From the NCBI GenBank assembly GCA_048885925.1, contig JBHLLG010000006.1, forward strand, positions 23,030 through 87,029: 64,000 nt of DNA, read 5' to 3'. The position numbers were made by a program, and so were the translations under genes. Shown piece after piece: positions 20,007 through 30,058 of the stretch. The DNA comes from Candidatus Hermodarchaeota archaeon (lineage in GTDB: Archaea > Asgardarchaeota > Lokiarchaeia > Sigyniarchaeales > SOKP01). Numbering within the stretch: the stretch's first letter is position 1; each line of letters opens with the position of its first letter. Below the pieces are notes generated by a model, which was not told the origin of the DNA, searched no databases, and saw only the letters and a list, made by a program, of their open reading frames with translations.

Positions 20007-20218
20007 AGAAAGCGGTTTTAAAAAATTTAAATTCCCTTTTTTTTAATTTTTGAAAATTTTCATTTTGATAAAGGTTATAATGAAATCCATGAATTAAACT
20101 AACATCATAAATTAATTATATCTTCATAGAATTTTTAGAAAAAATTAAGAAAAGTAAGTTATTAAAAAGAATCTCTATAGTAATAAGATAGAGGAAGTAA
20201 TTTATTTTTAAACAATTA

Positions 20219-21754
20219 GTGATTACCAGAAAGATGACACTTATCCAAATATTTGATGGTTATAATACAATTGGCGGAAATAAAATTTATTTGGAAGAAA
20301 AAGATGAAGGTTTTTTTCTTGACTTTGGAATGAACTTCAAAAAATACGGAGATTTTTTCCAAGAATTTATTTCCCCCAGAATACCCAGAGGTATTCATGA
20401 TCTACTGCAACTTAATCTAATTCCTAAACTTAATATTTATCGAAAAGATTTAATTCCATCAGACACCAATACTTCTTCTTTTCCTTCTCTAAATGTAAAT
20501 GCGATACTTCTAAGCCATGCCCATATGGATCACTGTGGGAATATAGGATTACTCAGTACCAATTATCCAATTATTGCCTCACCTCCTACTATTACTTTAC
20601 TCAAAGCAATGTTAGATTGTTCTTCTTCAATGTTAGGTTCTGATGTTGCCTATTATTCACTTAAATCACCACATAATGACAAACGAATTTTAAAAACAGA
20701 AAAGTACAAAGAATATGGTCGTAATTTTATATGTACAGAGCCTTTTTCTAAAACATTTCAAGAATTCTTAACTACAACTTTTAAAAGTAGGACAAAATTC
20801 ACTGAAGGAAATCTTATGGATCTAATTGAATTTTCCACTAATTTAGAAATAAAAGCCTATGAAGTTGATCATTCTATTTATGGGGCTACAGGTTATATTA
20901 TCTCTGGTGATAATACTATTGCATATACAGGTGATTTTCGGTTACATGGTAAAATAGGAGAAAAAAGTGAAGAATTCATGAAAGAAGCTAAGGATGCATC
21001 CATCTTAATAATTGAAGGGACTAGAGCTGCTAGAGAAGATGTTAGTGAATCTGAAGAGATAGTGTATGAAAATTGCTTGAAAGCCGCTGAGGATGTGAAA
21101 GGTCTCATTATTGCAGACTTTACAGCTCGGAATTTTGAAAGATTGGAAATTTTTAAATTAATTGCTGAAAAGGTTGACAGAACTCTTATTATAACTCCAA
21201 AAGATGCATATCTACTTAAAGCCCTTGAAATGGCTGATAATATTAATAGAATAAGGGATTTGAGGGTTTATAAAGACTTAAAAGCAACAACCAAAGGTTG
21301 GGAACAAATTCTACTAAATAGTGAAAGCGAACTTAGCTATATAGATCCTTCAGAGATCTCAAAAAATCAAGAAAAATTCATCATCTGTTTTTCTTTTTAT
21401 GAAATAAAGAATTTATTGGATATTAATCCTAGTAAAGGCATGTATATTTACTCTTCCAGTGAAGCATTTGAGGAAGAATCAGAATTTGATTTTCTTCGTT
21501 TATATAATTGGCTTAAATATTTTGGATTTGAGATTGTTGGATTTGAGGTTTTTGAGGAAGTTAATAAATTTAGACCTCGATTTACAAAAGGATATCATGC
21601 TTCTGGTCATGCTTCAAAATCGGACTTAATTAAAGTAATAGATTATATAGATCCTGATATAATAATTCCAGTCCACACAGATAATCCTGAATGGTTTACA
21701 AACTCATATGATAAATCCATTCTTTTAAATGATAGAAAAAAGTATATTGGGTAA
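20219..21754 (+). CDS. MBL-fold beta-CASP hydrolase (RNase J-like)
   Basis: IGGN, LDFG, SHAHMDH, VDHS, YTGDFR, HASGHA and IIPVHT. Confidence 0.85.
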   Translation: MITRKMTLIQIFDGYNTIGGNKIYLEEKDEGFFLDFGMNFKKYGDFFQEFISPRIPRGIHDLLQLNLIPKLNIYRKDLIPSDTNTSSFPSLNVNAILLSHAHMDHCGNIGLLSTNYPIIASPPTITLLKAMLDCSSSMLGSDVAYYSLKSPHNDKRILKTEKYKEYGRNFICTEPFSKTFQEFLTTTFKSRTKFTEGNLMDLIEFSTNLEIKAYEVDHSIYGATGYIISGDNTIAYTGDFRLHGKIGEKSEEFMKEAKDASILIIEGTRAAREDVSESEEIVYENCLKAAEDVKGLIIADFTARNFERLEIFKLIAEKVDRTLIITPKDAYLLKALEMADNINRIRDLRVYKDLKATTKGWEQILLNSESELSYIDPSEISKNQEKFIICFSFYEIKNLLDINPSKGMYIYSSSEAFEEESEFDFLRLYNWLKYFGFEIVGFEVFEEVNKFRPRFTKGYHASGHASKSDLIKVIDYIDPDIIIPVHTDNPEWFTNSYDKSILLNDRKKYIG

Positions 21755-21885
21755 TTTTGGATTTAAACTCCCAAGTTCAAAATCATTTTATTGAAATATA
21801 ACATGATAAAATTAATTCTATAAAGGAAAAACCTTTAAATTAAACCAATTGAATACATTAATTAAAATAATCCTTTTGTAACAAA

Positions 21886-22470
21886 ATGGCAAAAAACAAG
21901 ATTAAGATTGGACCACATTTATATCCTATGCCAGTTGTACTTATCGGTGCAAATGTAAATGGAAAACCAAATTTTGAACCATTAGCATATGTGGGGATAC
22001 TAGAAGAAAAACCCCCCTTGATCTCAATTGCTTCCTATGAAACTCATTATACTAATATTGGTATAAAAGAAAATAACACATTCAGTGTTAATACCCCCTC
22101 AGAAGGTATGATTGAAGTTACTGATTACTGTGGAATACATTCAGGCAAGGAGGTTGATAAATCAGAAATTTTTGAGATTTTTTATGGAGAATTGAAAACC
22201 GCTCCAATGATAACCCATGCTCCATTAAACCTTGAATGTAAGGTTATTAAAACAATAAATACTAAAAAAATCACTGGTGCAGAAAAATGTCACGAAATTT
22301 TCATCGGACAAATTATGCATGCTTACGCTGATGAATATTATATAACAAATGAATTACCAGACATTCGAAAATTAAATCCAATATTATATTCAAATGATCG
22401 TTTTTATTGGAAATTATCTGCTGATATTGGTAAAGCTTTCAGCATAGGAAAGAATTACAAAAAAGAATAG
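21886..22470 (+). CDS. Flavin reductase (flavoredoxin-like) family protein
   Basis: YPMPVVLIG, FSVNTP and LECKV. Confidence 0.9.
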   Translation: MAKNKIKIGPHLYPMPVVLIGANVNGKPNFEPLAYVGILEEKPPLISIASYETHYTNIGIKENNTFSVNTPSEGMIEVTDYCGIHSGKEVDKSEIFEIFYGELKTAPMITHAPLNLECKVIKTINTKKITGAEKCHEIFIGQIMHAYADEYYITNELPDIRKLNPILYSNDRFYWKLSADIGKAFSIGKNYKKE

Positions 22471-22692
22471 AATAAATTCCATTTTTTTTTATTTTCTTAT
22501 TATTAAATTAAAAGTTAAAAAAGAGAATTTCTAGTTTTTTTTGTATATTTTAATAATAAAAAAAAGGGAATCTGTAAGATGTAAAATACAACTAAAAAGA
22601 AGTTTATGACCTTATTTTTAAATATTTCTTATCTCGCAAAATTCCTGATATTTAAACTTTTTACTCTTTTTTTTAATTAATAATAAAACTTA

Positions 22693-22947
22693 TTAATAAA
22701 AAGATTTTCGGCTTTGAGTGCTTACCCGAGGACCTTTTTCTATAACTTTAACTCTACTAGCTTGTGGTCCTTTTTGACCCTGACTAGTTTCATATTCCAC
22801 GATATCTCCCTCATAAATTATTTTAAATTCTCCTTCTCCACCTTTTATAGCAGAGTAATGGACAAAGATATCAGGAGATCCATCATCGGGGGTAATAAAC
22901 CCATAGCCCTTTTTTTTGTTAAACCACTTTACTGTTCCTTTTCCCAT
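22693..22947 (-). CDS. cspA: Cold-shock domain protein
   Basis: [13 protein letters not shown] (RNP1), DIFVHYSAI (RNP2) and KGPQA. Confidence 0.95.
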   Translation of the reverse strand: MGKGTVKWFNKKKGYGFITPDDGSPDIFVHYSAIKGGEGEFKIIYEGDIVEYETSQGQKGPQASRVKVIEKGPRVSTQSRKSFY

Positions 22948-23169
22948 TGATAAAACCTACTAAATTGGGATTATGAAATATAAGTATTTCTTTATAATAA
23001 GTTTATGGATTAATTTTTTGCATGGCGTTAATCAAACTTAATTTAAATTGATATTTTCTTCCAAATACATCTTTATATAAAACATTATATAACTTTTGAC
23101 AATCAGCATAAATTTTAATTTTAAATTTAATATTTACAAAAGTAAAGTAAGAAAGATAAAATAACTGAA

Positions 23170-23718
23170 ATGTTAAATAATAGTCCTAATGGTAATATTG
23201 AAGAACTACCGCGAGTTGGTTCAGCACTTTATAATCTTATTCATCCTGATGAAAAAGTGAGAATAAAAACATTAAGAAAATATAAAAGAATAAATAAATA
23301 TGTTGTGCTTCCACTTTATAGATCGGGAATCTTACCATTATTAGGTTTTGGAAGAATTTTTCTTATTTTAACAACAAAAGGACGGATAACTGGGAAAAAA
23401 AGAAGAACTCCATTAGAATATCACTGGATTGATGGAGTAATAACTATTTTTTCTGGAAGGGGTGAAGATGCAGGTTGGATAAAAAATGTACGTGCTAATC
23501 CAGATGAAGTTAGGGTACGACACGGTTTTCATTTTTTTAAACCTCATGTGGAATACGTAACAAATGAAAAAGAAATGCTTTCTATTATTAAATGGTATGT
23601 TCTCAACCATAATAGATCAGCAAAGCTATTATTTGGTTGGAACCCAAAATTCGATGATCCTGAAAAAACAGATTTTTCAAAAATGTTGAAAACCATAACG
23701 ATAATAAGACTTTTATAA
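23170..23718 (+). CDS. Deazaflavin (F420)-dependent nitroreductase-like protein (DDN family)
   Basis: LTTKGRITGKKRRTPL and WIKNVRANP. Confidence 0.85.
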   Translation: MLNNSPNGNIEELPRVGSALYNLIHPDEKVRIKTLRKYKRINKYVVLPLYRSGILPLLGFGRIFLILTTKGRITGKKRRTPLEYHWIDGVITIFSGRGEDAGWIKNVRANPDEVRVRHGFHFFKPHVEYVTNEKEMLSIIKWYVLNHNRSAKLLFGWNPKFDDPEKTDFSKMLKTITIIRLL

Positions 23719-23725
23719 TACATTT

Positions 23726-25480
23726 ATGAAGACCATGCTTAAAAAGTTAAAATTGAGATTTAAAAATCTCCGAGATTCCATGAGTCTGCTCTTTTTAGTT
23801 TTAAACATATCCTCAATAATAATTATCATTGTTGGACTTATTGATTTTACGCTAAATAAAAATTTATTAAATTTTATAATATTTACTTCTATTGGTATTT
23901 TCATTATTATTGGGATACCAGCTTTCTTTTTTATAAGAATTAGGAAAAATATGACAATATTATCATCTTTTAAGAGAGAAAAAAAATTATCTTTGAGATT
24001 CACTCCAATTATTATAGGAATATTTATAATTATAACTATTATCTCAAAACAATACGGACTTTCCATTTGTATCTCTATAATATTAGCTGGTTATCTTTTG
24101 GGATATTTAATTACTCCTATAATTATTGAAAAATATCAACGTGTTTCACGTTTTATAATTGCTTTAATGATAATTTCTATAGCCATTCCTTTTGGATTCT
24201 TTTATCGAGGAACTTTAAATCCTAGAACTGCTTCACAAGTATGGATTATGCATAAAATAGATAATCCGGGATTTTTACTTCCCAATGGACTTGACGCTGC
24301 AGATGTGAATAACGACGGATTTCTTGATTACTTAACAAATTATGAATGGGATGGGAAAATTCGCATTGCTTTCCATCCTGGTATTTCCAATGTTAAAAGT
24401 AGCTGGCCTGCTATAACGATTGGAACAGTAGATAATGCCGAAAATGCCGCATTTGGAGATTTCGACGGAGATGGAAATTATGATGTAGTCGTTGCTCATG
24501 GATCTGAATTATTCTCTCATTCGGGGATACTTATAATATGGGGACCAAATCCAGATAATGCTAAAGATCCATTTGCTTGGGAAAAAACTTCTGATATAAA
24601 AGGAACAAGGGATGCTGGGCAATTTCATTATGTTAGAAGTTATGATATTAATATGGACAATGCTACGGATATTGTTGTTGGAGGAAGAGGAACAAATCCA
24701 CGAGCGGGATTGAAATGGATTGAAGCACCGACTTTAGGAAACCCTCGTAATCTTTCATTATGGAAAATTCATAATATTGATCCTGATATAGAGAGTGGTC
24801 ATGGTTTTGTATTCGGAGATATTGACCAAGATGGTGATGATGATATTACACTATGCAATTCAGATTGGGATACTTCTAATGCAAATGAAAAAATTATTTG
24901 GTATGAGAATCCTGGTCCTGGAAATCTTACTCAAATGGAACCTTGGTCGAAACAAATTATTTATCAAGGATCTGAATTCTATAGTAAAGAACAAGTTACT
25001 CTTTATGATTTTACAGAAGATGGGTTTCCCGAAATTATAGTGCATACGAAGAATCATATTTATTTATTTAAAAATCCTCAAAATCTTAGTTCTTGGGAAT
25101 TAATTACAGTTTTAAAAGCTCCAGAAACACGTTGGTGTGCCAGACCCATTAAGATAGAGGATATTAATAATGATACAAAACCAGATATTATAGGAATGCT
25201 AATCCATTATGATGGGTCGCTCCCAAATTCTAAAGCTGCAGTTTTTTGGATGGAGTATTCTGGGACAGATCCTTTAAGTGCTGAATGGGAAACACATGTA
25301 ATAAAGTGGGGTGACGGATTTATTGGAATTGGAACTTATAATGGTGAGAAATGGGACCAATGTTTATTTGGTGATATCGATCGTGATGGAGATATTGATA
25401 TTATCGCAAATTGCGAAGAATTTCATACTTTAGGCTTTGTATTCATTTCAGTAGTCTGGTTCGAAAATCCCTTGATATGA
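23726..25480 (+). CDS. Membrane-anchored FG-GAP/VCBS repeat beta-propeller protein
   Basis: N-terminal TM helices followed by seven D-x-[DN]-x-D-G-like Ca-binding loops. Confidence 0.8.
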   Translation: MKTMLKKLKLRFKNLRDSMSLLFLVLNISSIIIIIVGLIDFTLNKNLLNFIIFTSIGIFIIIGIPAFFFIRIRKNMTILSSFKREKKLSLRFTPIIIGIFIIITIISKQYGLSICISIILAGYLLGYLITPIIIEKYQRVSRFIIALMIISIAIPFGFFYRGTLNPRTASQVWIMHKIDNPGFLLPNGLDAADVNNDGFLDYLTNYEWDGKIRIAFHPGISNVKSSWPAITIGTVDNAENAAFGDFDGDGNYDVVVAHGSELFSHSGILIIWGPNPDNAKDPFAWEKTSDIKGTRDAGQFHYVRSYDINMDNATDIVVGGRGTNPRAGLKWIEAPTLGNPRNLSLWKIHNIDPDIESGHGFVFGDIDQDGDDDITLCNSDWDTSNANEKIIWYENPGPGNLTQMEPWSKQIIYQGSEFYSKEQVTLYDFTEDGFPEIIVHTKNHIYLFKNPQNLSSWELITVLKAPETRWCARPIKIEDINNDTKPDIIGMLIHYDGSLPNSKAAVFWMEYSGTDPLSAEWETHVIKWGDGFIGIGTYNGEKWDQCLFGDIDRDGDIDIIANCEEFHTLGFVFISVVWFENPLI

Positions 25481-25547
25481 GGCCTTATTAATACTAATCA
25501 ATTAAATAGATAAAATTAAATATAAATTGATATAAATAAAAGCATAA

Positions 25548-26162
25548 ATGTGTTTATGGTTTATTTTCTCAATTTTAGGTATGTGTTTTATGGTGCCAGT
25601 CCATTTTTTATCAGTTGAACATATAAAACTCCAAAAAAAGTACGGAAAGGAAAAAGGTACTAGAATTGGGGATATTCTTGGTATGGTTTCGGGATGGGGA
25701 TTTTTTCTATTTTGGTTTGGAGTTTGGCTTGCACCACAACCTAGATTTTCAATTCCACTTTTTCAAAACATCAATTTATTGATTCCTGTTTTCAATCTTT
25801 CTATTCCACTATTCCATCTAATGATTTCAATACCTCTTATCTTAATAGGTGCTTGGTTTGGAATTGGAAGTGTTAAAAAAACATCATTAAAAGTTGCAGA
25901 AACGCATAGAGCTGAAAAAGTAATATCTTCAGGATTGTATAATGTAATGCGTCATCCACAATATTTTGGTGGAATATTAGCACACATAGGAATTTCATTT
26001 TTATTATCTTCATTCCTTTCATTAATTTTCACCCCAATCATAATTCTCTTAAATTTTCTTATCTCGTGGAAAGAGGAGAAAGAATTAATTAAAGAATTTG
26101 GTAAAGATTACGAGGAGTATAAAAAAAAAGTACCAATGTTTCTTCCAAAGTTAAGGAAATAA
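25548..26162 (+). CDS. ICMT/PEMT-family membrane methyltransferase
   Basis: GLYNVMRHPQY and EEKELIKEFGKDYEEYKKKVP. Confidence 0.88.
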   Translation: MCLWFIFSILGMCFMVPVHFLSVEHIKLQKKYGKEKGTRIGDILGMVSGWGFFLFWFGVWLAPQPRFSIPLFQNINLLIPVFNLSIPLFHLMISIPLILIGAWFGIGSVKKTSLKVAETHRAEKVISSGLYNVMRHPQYFGGILAHIGISFLLSSFLSLIFTPIIILLNFLISWKEEKELIKEFGKDYEEYKKKVPMFLPKLRK

Positions 26163-26258
26163 ATAAAAATTTAACAGCGCTATTTTTTTTGATTTTTGGG
26201 AATATATATGAGTTATGTACTATTTCATTTTTTTAATAACAGATAAAAGTTAAGGAAT

Positions 26259-27503
26259 ATGTCATCCTCGAAGCAATCCACATTATCCTATCGAGCATGG
26301 CCTATATTTTTTCTTGGATTTATAAGATTATTTTATGTATCCATATTTGAAAGAGCTCTACAAAATTACCTTTACTTTGATATAGGTATAAAGGAAAGTG
26401 TATTAGGATTTATAAGTTCAGCAGGGGCAATAAGCTACATTTTTGCTCCTATTTTAGGTCAATTTATTACAAATAAGTTTCTAGGAATTAGGAAAGCTCT
26501 TATAATAAATTGTGTATTAACACCAATATTAACTGGATTTCAAATATTAATTCCTGAAGCTTGGTTTTTAATTATATGTCGCATTTTACTTGGATTGGCA
26601 ATGGGATTGTTTTGGCCTAACACCCTTTCTCTATTAAGTAAGTGGCAAAAAGTAAGTAGTATTGAAAAATCAAAGAAAAACTTCGCTCTTTTTAATTTCT
26701 CATGGAATTCTGGGTTCATTAGTGGACTTCTTATTGGTTTTTTATGGGCATTTTCTTGGAGTGATTATAATGCTATGTTAATATCTTGGTTAATATCATT
26801 CCTCTTAATTCCTATAAGCTTCTTCATAAAAAGTGAAAAAGATTTAGAGATTTCAAAAAAAATAGTGATTTATCAATCAGAAGACCCGCTATCTCATCTT
26901 GATATCGAAGAAGATTTAGTAGTGAATTCAAATACTCCAATGATCGTTTATCCCGTACTGTATTCATGGATAATTATTTCTTTTTTAGCAATATCAAAAT
27001 CAATTTTTATTTTTGGTTATCCTATTTTAGTAAAAGCACTCTTATCCGAGGATTATTCCTATCTCACGTATCTTGTGCAATGCGGGTTACAATTAATGCA
27101 ACTTATTGGTTTAACATGGATAAATTCAATGAAAATTTATAGCAGAAAATTAGCTTCCTTGATAAGTATTATTACTGTTGCCATTGTGGCATTCACAATT
27201 GTTCTTTTAGGAAATATTTGGTATATTTCAGTTATAACTGCTATTGTTGGGTTATTTTTAGGATTAATACATGGGGTTGGCCTAAAAATAATGTTAGAAT
27301 ATGGAACAGCTGAAAACACTTCAAAATATGCTACAATCAATGAAATCATAGTAGGTATGGGCTTTGGCTTAACCCCTATAATTGCTGGGTATGCCATGGA
27401 AGTGTACATCTATGGAATACATATATTTTTGATCATCTTCGGAATTATAATTTTAATATTACTATTCTTTCTTTCCCAAAATATACATAAGGAAAAAATT
27501 TGA
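26259..27503 (+). CDS. MFS transporter
   Basis: About 12 TM segments in a 6+6 arrangement. Confidence 0.8.
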   Translation: MSSSKQSTLSYRAWPIFFLGFIRLFYVSIFERALQNYLYFDIGIKESVLGFISSAGAISYIFAPILGQFITNKFLGIRKALIINCVLTPILTGFQILIPEAWFLIICRILLGLAMGLFWPNTLSLLSKWQKVSSIEKSKKNFALFNFSWNSGFISGLLIGFLWAFSWSDYNAMLISWLISFLLIPISFFIKSEKDLEISKKIVIYQSEDPLSHLDIEEDLVVNSNTPMIVYPVLYSWIIISFLAISKSIFIFGYPILVKALLSEDYSYLTYLVQCGLQLMQLIGLTWINSMKIYSRKLASLISIITVAIVAFTIVLLGNIWYISVITAIVGLFLGLIHGVGLKIMLEYGTAENTSKYATINEIIVGMGFGLTPIIAGYAMEVYIYGIHIFLIIFGIIILILLFFLSQNIHKEKI

Positions 27504-27532
27504 ATTTAAATAGATTCAGAATTTTAAATTAT

Positions 27533-28018
27533 TTAAATATTCGATTGATTATTTTTAAAAAAATTTTTTAAATGATTAATTAATTCTAATTCCAAATCTG
27601 CATCTTTCGGATATCCTTTTTCTGTTTGTTCTAAAAACTCATTTCTCAAATACTGCTCAATATCTAAAGAATTGCCCAAGAATTTTATTAAATTATTGAT
27701 CTCGAAATCATTTTCTACAATATTAGATAAAAACATATAAATCATAATACTTATTGCCTCTTCAAAATCTCTAGCTCCAACTACAAGAATAATATTTCTT
27801 TTAAATAACGTTCCTTGATAACTGAAGAGATTTGCATTCCCCCATTTTTTTATTTTGTATTTTAAGAAATCTAATACTCCCAAAATCTCAAGAGGTGTTT
27901 TTTCTTGATCTAGCTTAAAAAAAATTCCACATTCTGCCTTTTGTTCATAAATTGTTATTAAATTATTTATTTGAATTTTAAACTTTGCATTTAATGACGA
28001 CGAGTTCTTCTTTGACAT
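27533..28018 (-). CDS. Hypothetical protein
   Basis: 161-aa ORF filling the gap; no motif recognised. Confidence 0.65.
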   Translation of the reverse strand: MSKKNSSSLNAKFKIQINNLITIYEQKAECGIFFKLDQEKTPLEILGVLDFLKYKIKKWGNANLFSYQGTLFKRNIILVVGARDFEEAISIMIYMFLSNIVENDFEINNLIKFLGNSLDIEQYLRNEFLEQTEKGYPKDADLELELINHLKNFFKNNQSNI

Positions 28019-28079
28019 ACAATCAAACTATAAAATCATAAAAACTTATTATAGATAACTATAAATCTTTAATATTTTA

Positions 28080-28298
28080 ATGAATGAATCGGTTAAATTT
28101 GATAAGAAATTTAGAAATCTCGCTTTAATAATATTAATCATTGCTTCATTCATCCTTACAATTTGGATTGTACTTTATTTAAATTCACCAGAATTAGCAT
28201 CCCCATTATTAATCTCTATAGGAATAGCATTATTATTAGCCGGAATTCTTTTATTCACCAGAATTCAATATATAATTTGGATGAAAACAAAATACTAA
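28080..28298 (+). CDS. Small two-TM membrane protein
   Basis: ATG start and two hydrophobic helices. Confidence 0.65.
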   Translation: MNESVKFDKKFRNLALIILIIASFILTIWIVLYLNSPELASPLLISIGIALLLAGILLFTRIQYIIWMKTKY

Positions 28299-28401
28299 CA
28301 ACCAAATTTTTATTCTTATTACCTAATTACTATATTAGTATAAAATTATTAAATTAACTTCGCATTATTTTTAATTAGTAATATAACAGAAGGGGTCAAA
28401 A

Positions 28402-28926
28402 ATTCCTTTATTTAAAATTTGTATAGTGGGAGATTTTGGAGTAGGTAAAACTACTTTACTTCACCAATACTTAGAAAGGAGATTTACCCCCAATATAGCA
28501 TCTACTATAGGATCTAATTTCTTTGTAAAACGACTCAAATTACCTAAAATTCAGGACATTATAACTCTACAGATATGGGATTTAGCAGGACAAGAACATT
28601 TTAAGTGGGTAAGGCATGAATTTTACAAGGGTGCGAAGGGAATAGTATATGTTTTCGATATTATGAATAAAAAAACATTTGAAGATCTTTATAATTGGAA
28701 AAAAGAAATAGATAAAGTTATAAAGGGTTTTTCTAGTGTACTTGTTGGAAATAAGCTTGATTTAGTTAATTCTGAAAACCAAGTGATTTCTCATAGAGAA
28801 TCTGATCACCTTATAAAATTTTTAGGTGTATGTGGATATTTTGAAGCAAGTGCGAAATTAGGAACTGGTGTGGAAGATTTCTTTTTAAAATTAGTAGCAA
28901 ATATGAGCAGAAAATCTAGTTACTAA
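28402..28926 (+). CDS. Rab-like small GTPase (start uncertain)
   Basis: GDFGVGKT (G1), STIG (G2), WDLAGQE (G3), NKLD (G4), EASAK (G5). The beta1 strand FKICIV is encoded upstream of the GTG at 28426. Confidence 0.9.
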   Translation: MPLFKICIVGDFGVGKTTLLHQYLERRFTPNIASTIGSNFFVKRLKLPKIQDIITLQIWDLAGQEHFKWVRHEFYKGAKGIVYVFDIMNKKTFEDLYNWKKEIDKVIKGFSSVLVGNKLDLVNSENQVISHRESDHLIKFLGVCGYFEASAKLGTGVEDFFLKLVANMSRKSSY

Positions 28927-28960
28927 TCTTTTTTTTTAACTATAACACTTATTTTGCTAA

Positions 28961-29794
28961 TTAAAAGAAAATAAAAGATTCTAAGTTAAGTAAACCGAAC
29001 CCAGTTTCTAATAATTCACCCAAACGAGTAATAAATCGGGTGGCAGGAGCACCATCCACAACATCATGATTAAATAAGACTGTCATCGTTAGATATTCTC
29101 GAATTTCAATTTTATCATTAATTACTCCTGGCTTTTTTGTGATTCCTCCTACTCCAAAAGCTAAAGGATGATTAGTAGTAGGAATTGGCCAACCGTGTAG
29201 TTTTCCAAACATACCTACGGAAGAAACTATAATAGTTCCCATAAGTTGTTTTACTTTAATAGGATCTTTTAATCTCTTCTTTATTAAAAAACGTCTCAGA
29301 AATTTTGGTAAAGAAAGGTAGGAATCTACCTTACTTTTTATATCATGTTTTCCTAGTACGGTTGCTCCACTTACGGCTTCGGATTTTGCTTGTCTTATTT
29401 CATCACTAATTTGTTTGACGGTTTTTTTATTTGTTTTTCTAATAACAAGTGGCATTGGGGATTTCACGTCATTAACTGTTCTTTCAACTGTTATTGAAAT
29501 ATCAACATCATCAAATTTGATAATTTTATTCTTTCCCATCATCATGGAATGAACTTCCTTGAAATCACTTGCAGCTTGTCCAATACACTTAAGAAGCCAA
29601 GCAGTGAAAGATAATTTCTCATGTGTATTCTTTTCATGCTCTTGAATTTTGTTCCTTCCCTCTGTGACATCAAATTCAATCAAACCTTTTACATAATGCT
29701 TGTTATCTCCTAATGCAAGGAAATCCAATATTGGAATTCTTACTTTTGGAAAATCGGATATTTTATAATGTCCGATTTTGTTTAAATCCTTCAT
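28961..29794 (-). CDS. Stand-alone 2-oxoacid dehydrogenase acyltransferase (E2) catalytic domain
   Basis: GTIIVSSVGMFG and FNHDVVDGAPATRF; no lipoyl domain. Confidence 0.85.
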   Translation of the reverse strand: MKDLNKIGHYKISDFPKVRIPILDFLALGDNKHYVKGLIEFDVTEGRNKIQEHEKNTHEKLSFTAWLLKCIGQAASDFKEVHSMMMGKNKIIKFDDVDISITVERTVNDVKSPMPLVIRKTNKKTVKQISDEIRQAKSEAVSGATVLGKHDIKSKVDSYLSLPKFLRRFLIKKRLKDPIKVKQLMGTIIVSSVGMFGKLHGWPIPTTNHPLAFGVGGITKKPGVINDKIEIREYLTMTVLFNHDVVDGAPATRFITRLGELLETGFGLLNLESFIFF

Positions 29795-30058
29795 ATTTTG
29801 TTTCTTTATTATCTTTGAATCTATGATATTTTAGATCCTACAATTTATAAACTTGATCTTATGATTCAAGTAGCCTATATTCATTTTGTATTATTTCTAA
29901 ACTTTTTTCTTTTAAGTCCCAGAAAATTATTTATTATATTGCCAATATGGATGAATAGAGTAAAAATAGAAAAGAAAACATTATTAACGATTCTGTAATA
30001 AATTCTATTAGACTACTTAAAATCGTAATACCTTTCTCCTTGTTTAAAGAATTAGATC

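Noticed and set aside
25548-28926. ICMT-like methyltransferase acting on the nearby Rab-like GTPase (prenylation pathway)
   Set aside because: The GTPase ends SRKSSY with no C-terminal Cys or CaaX motif, and ICMT/PEMT-family proteins are common in prokaryotes.
28961-29794. Pyruvate/2-oxoacid dehydrogenase complex operon
   Set aside because: No lipoyl domain and no E1 or E3 genes nearby; stand-alone E2-like domains are a known class.
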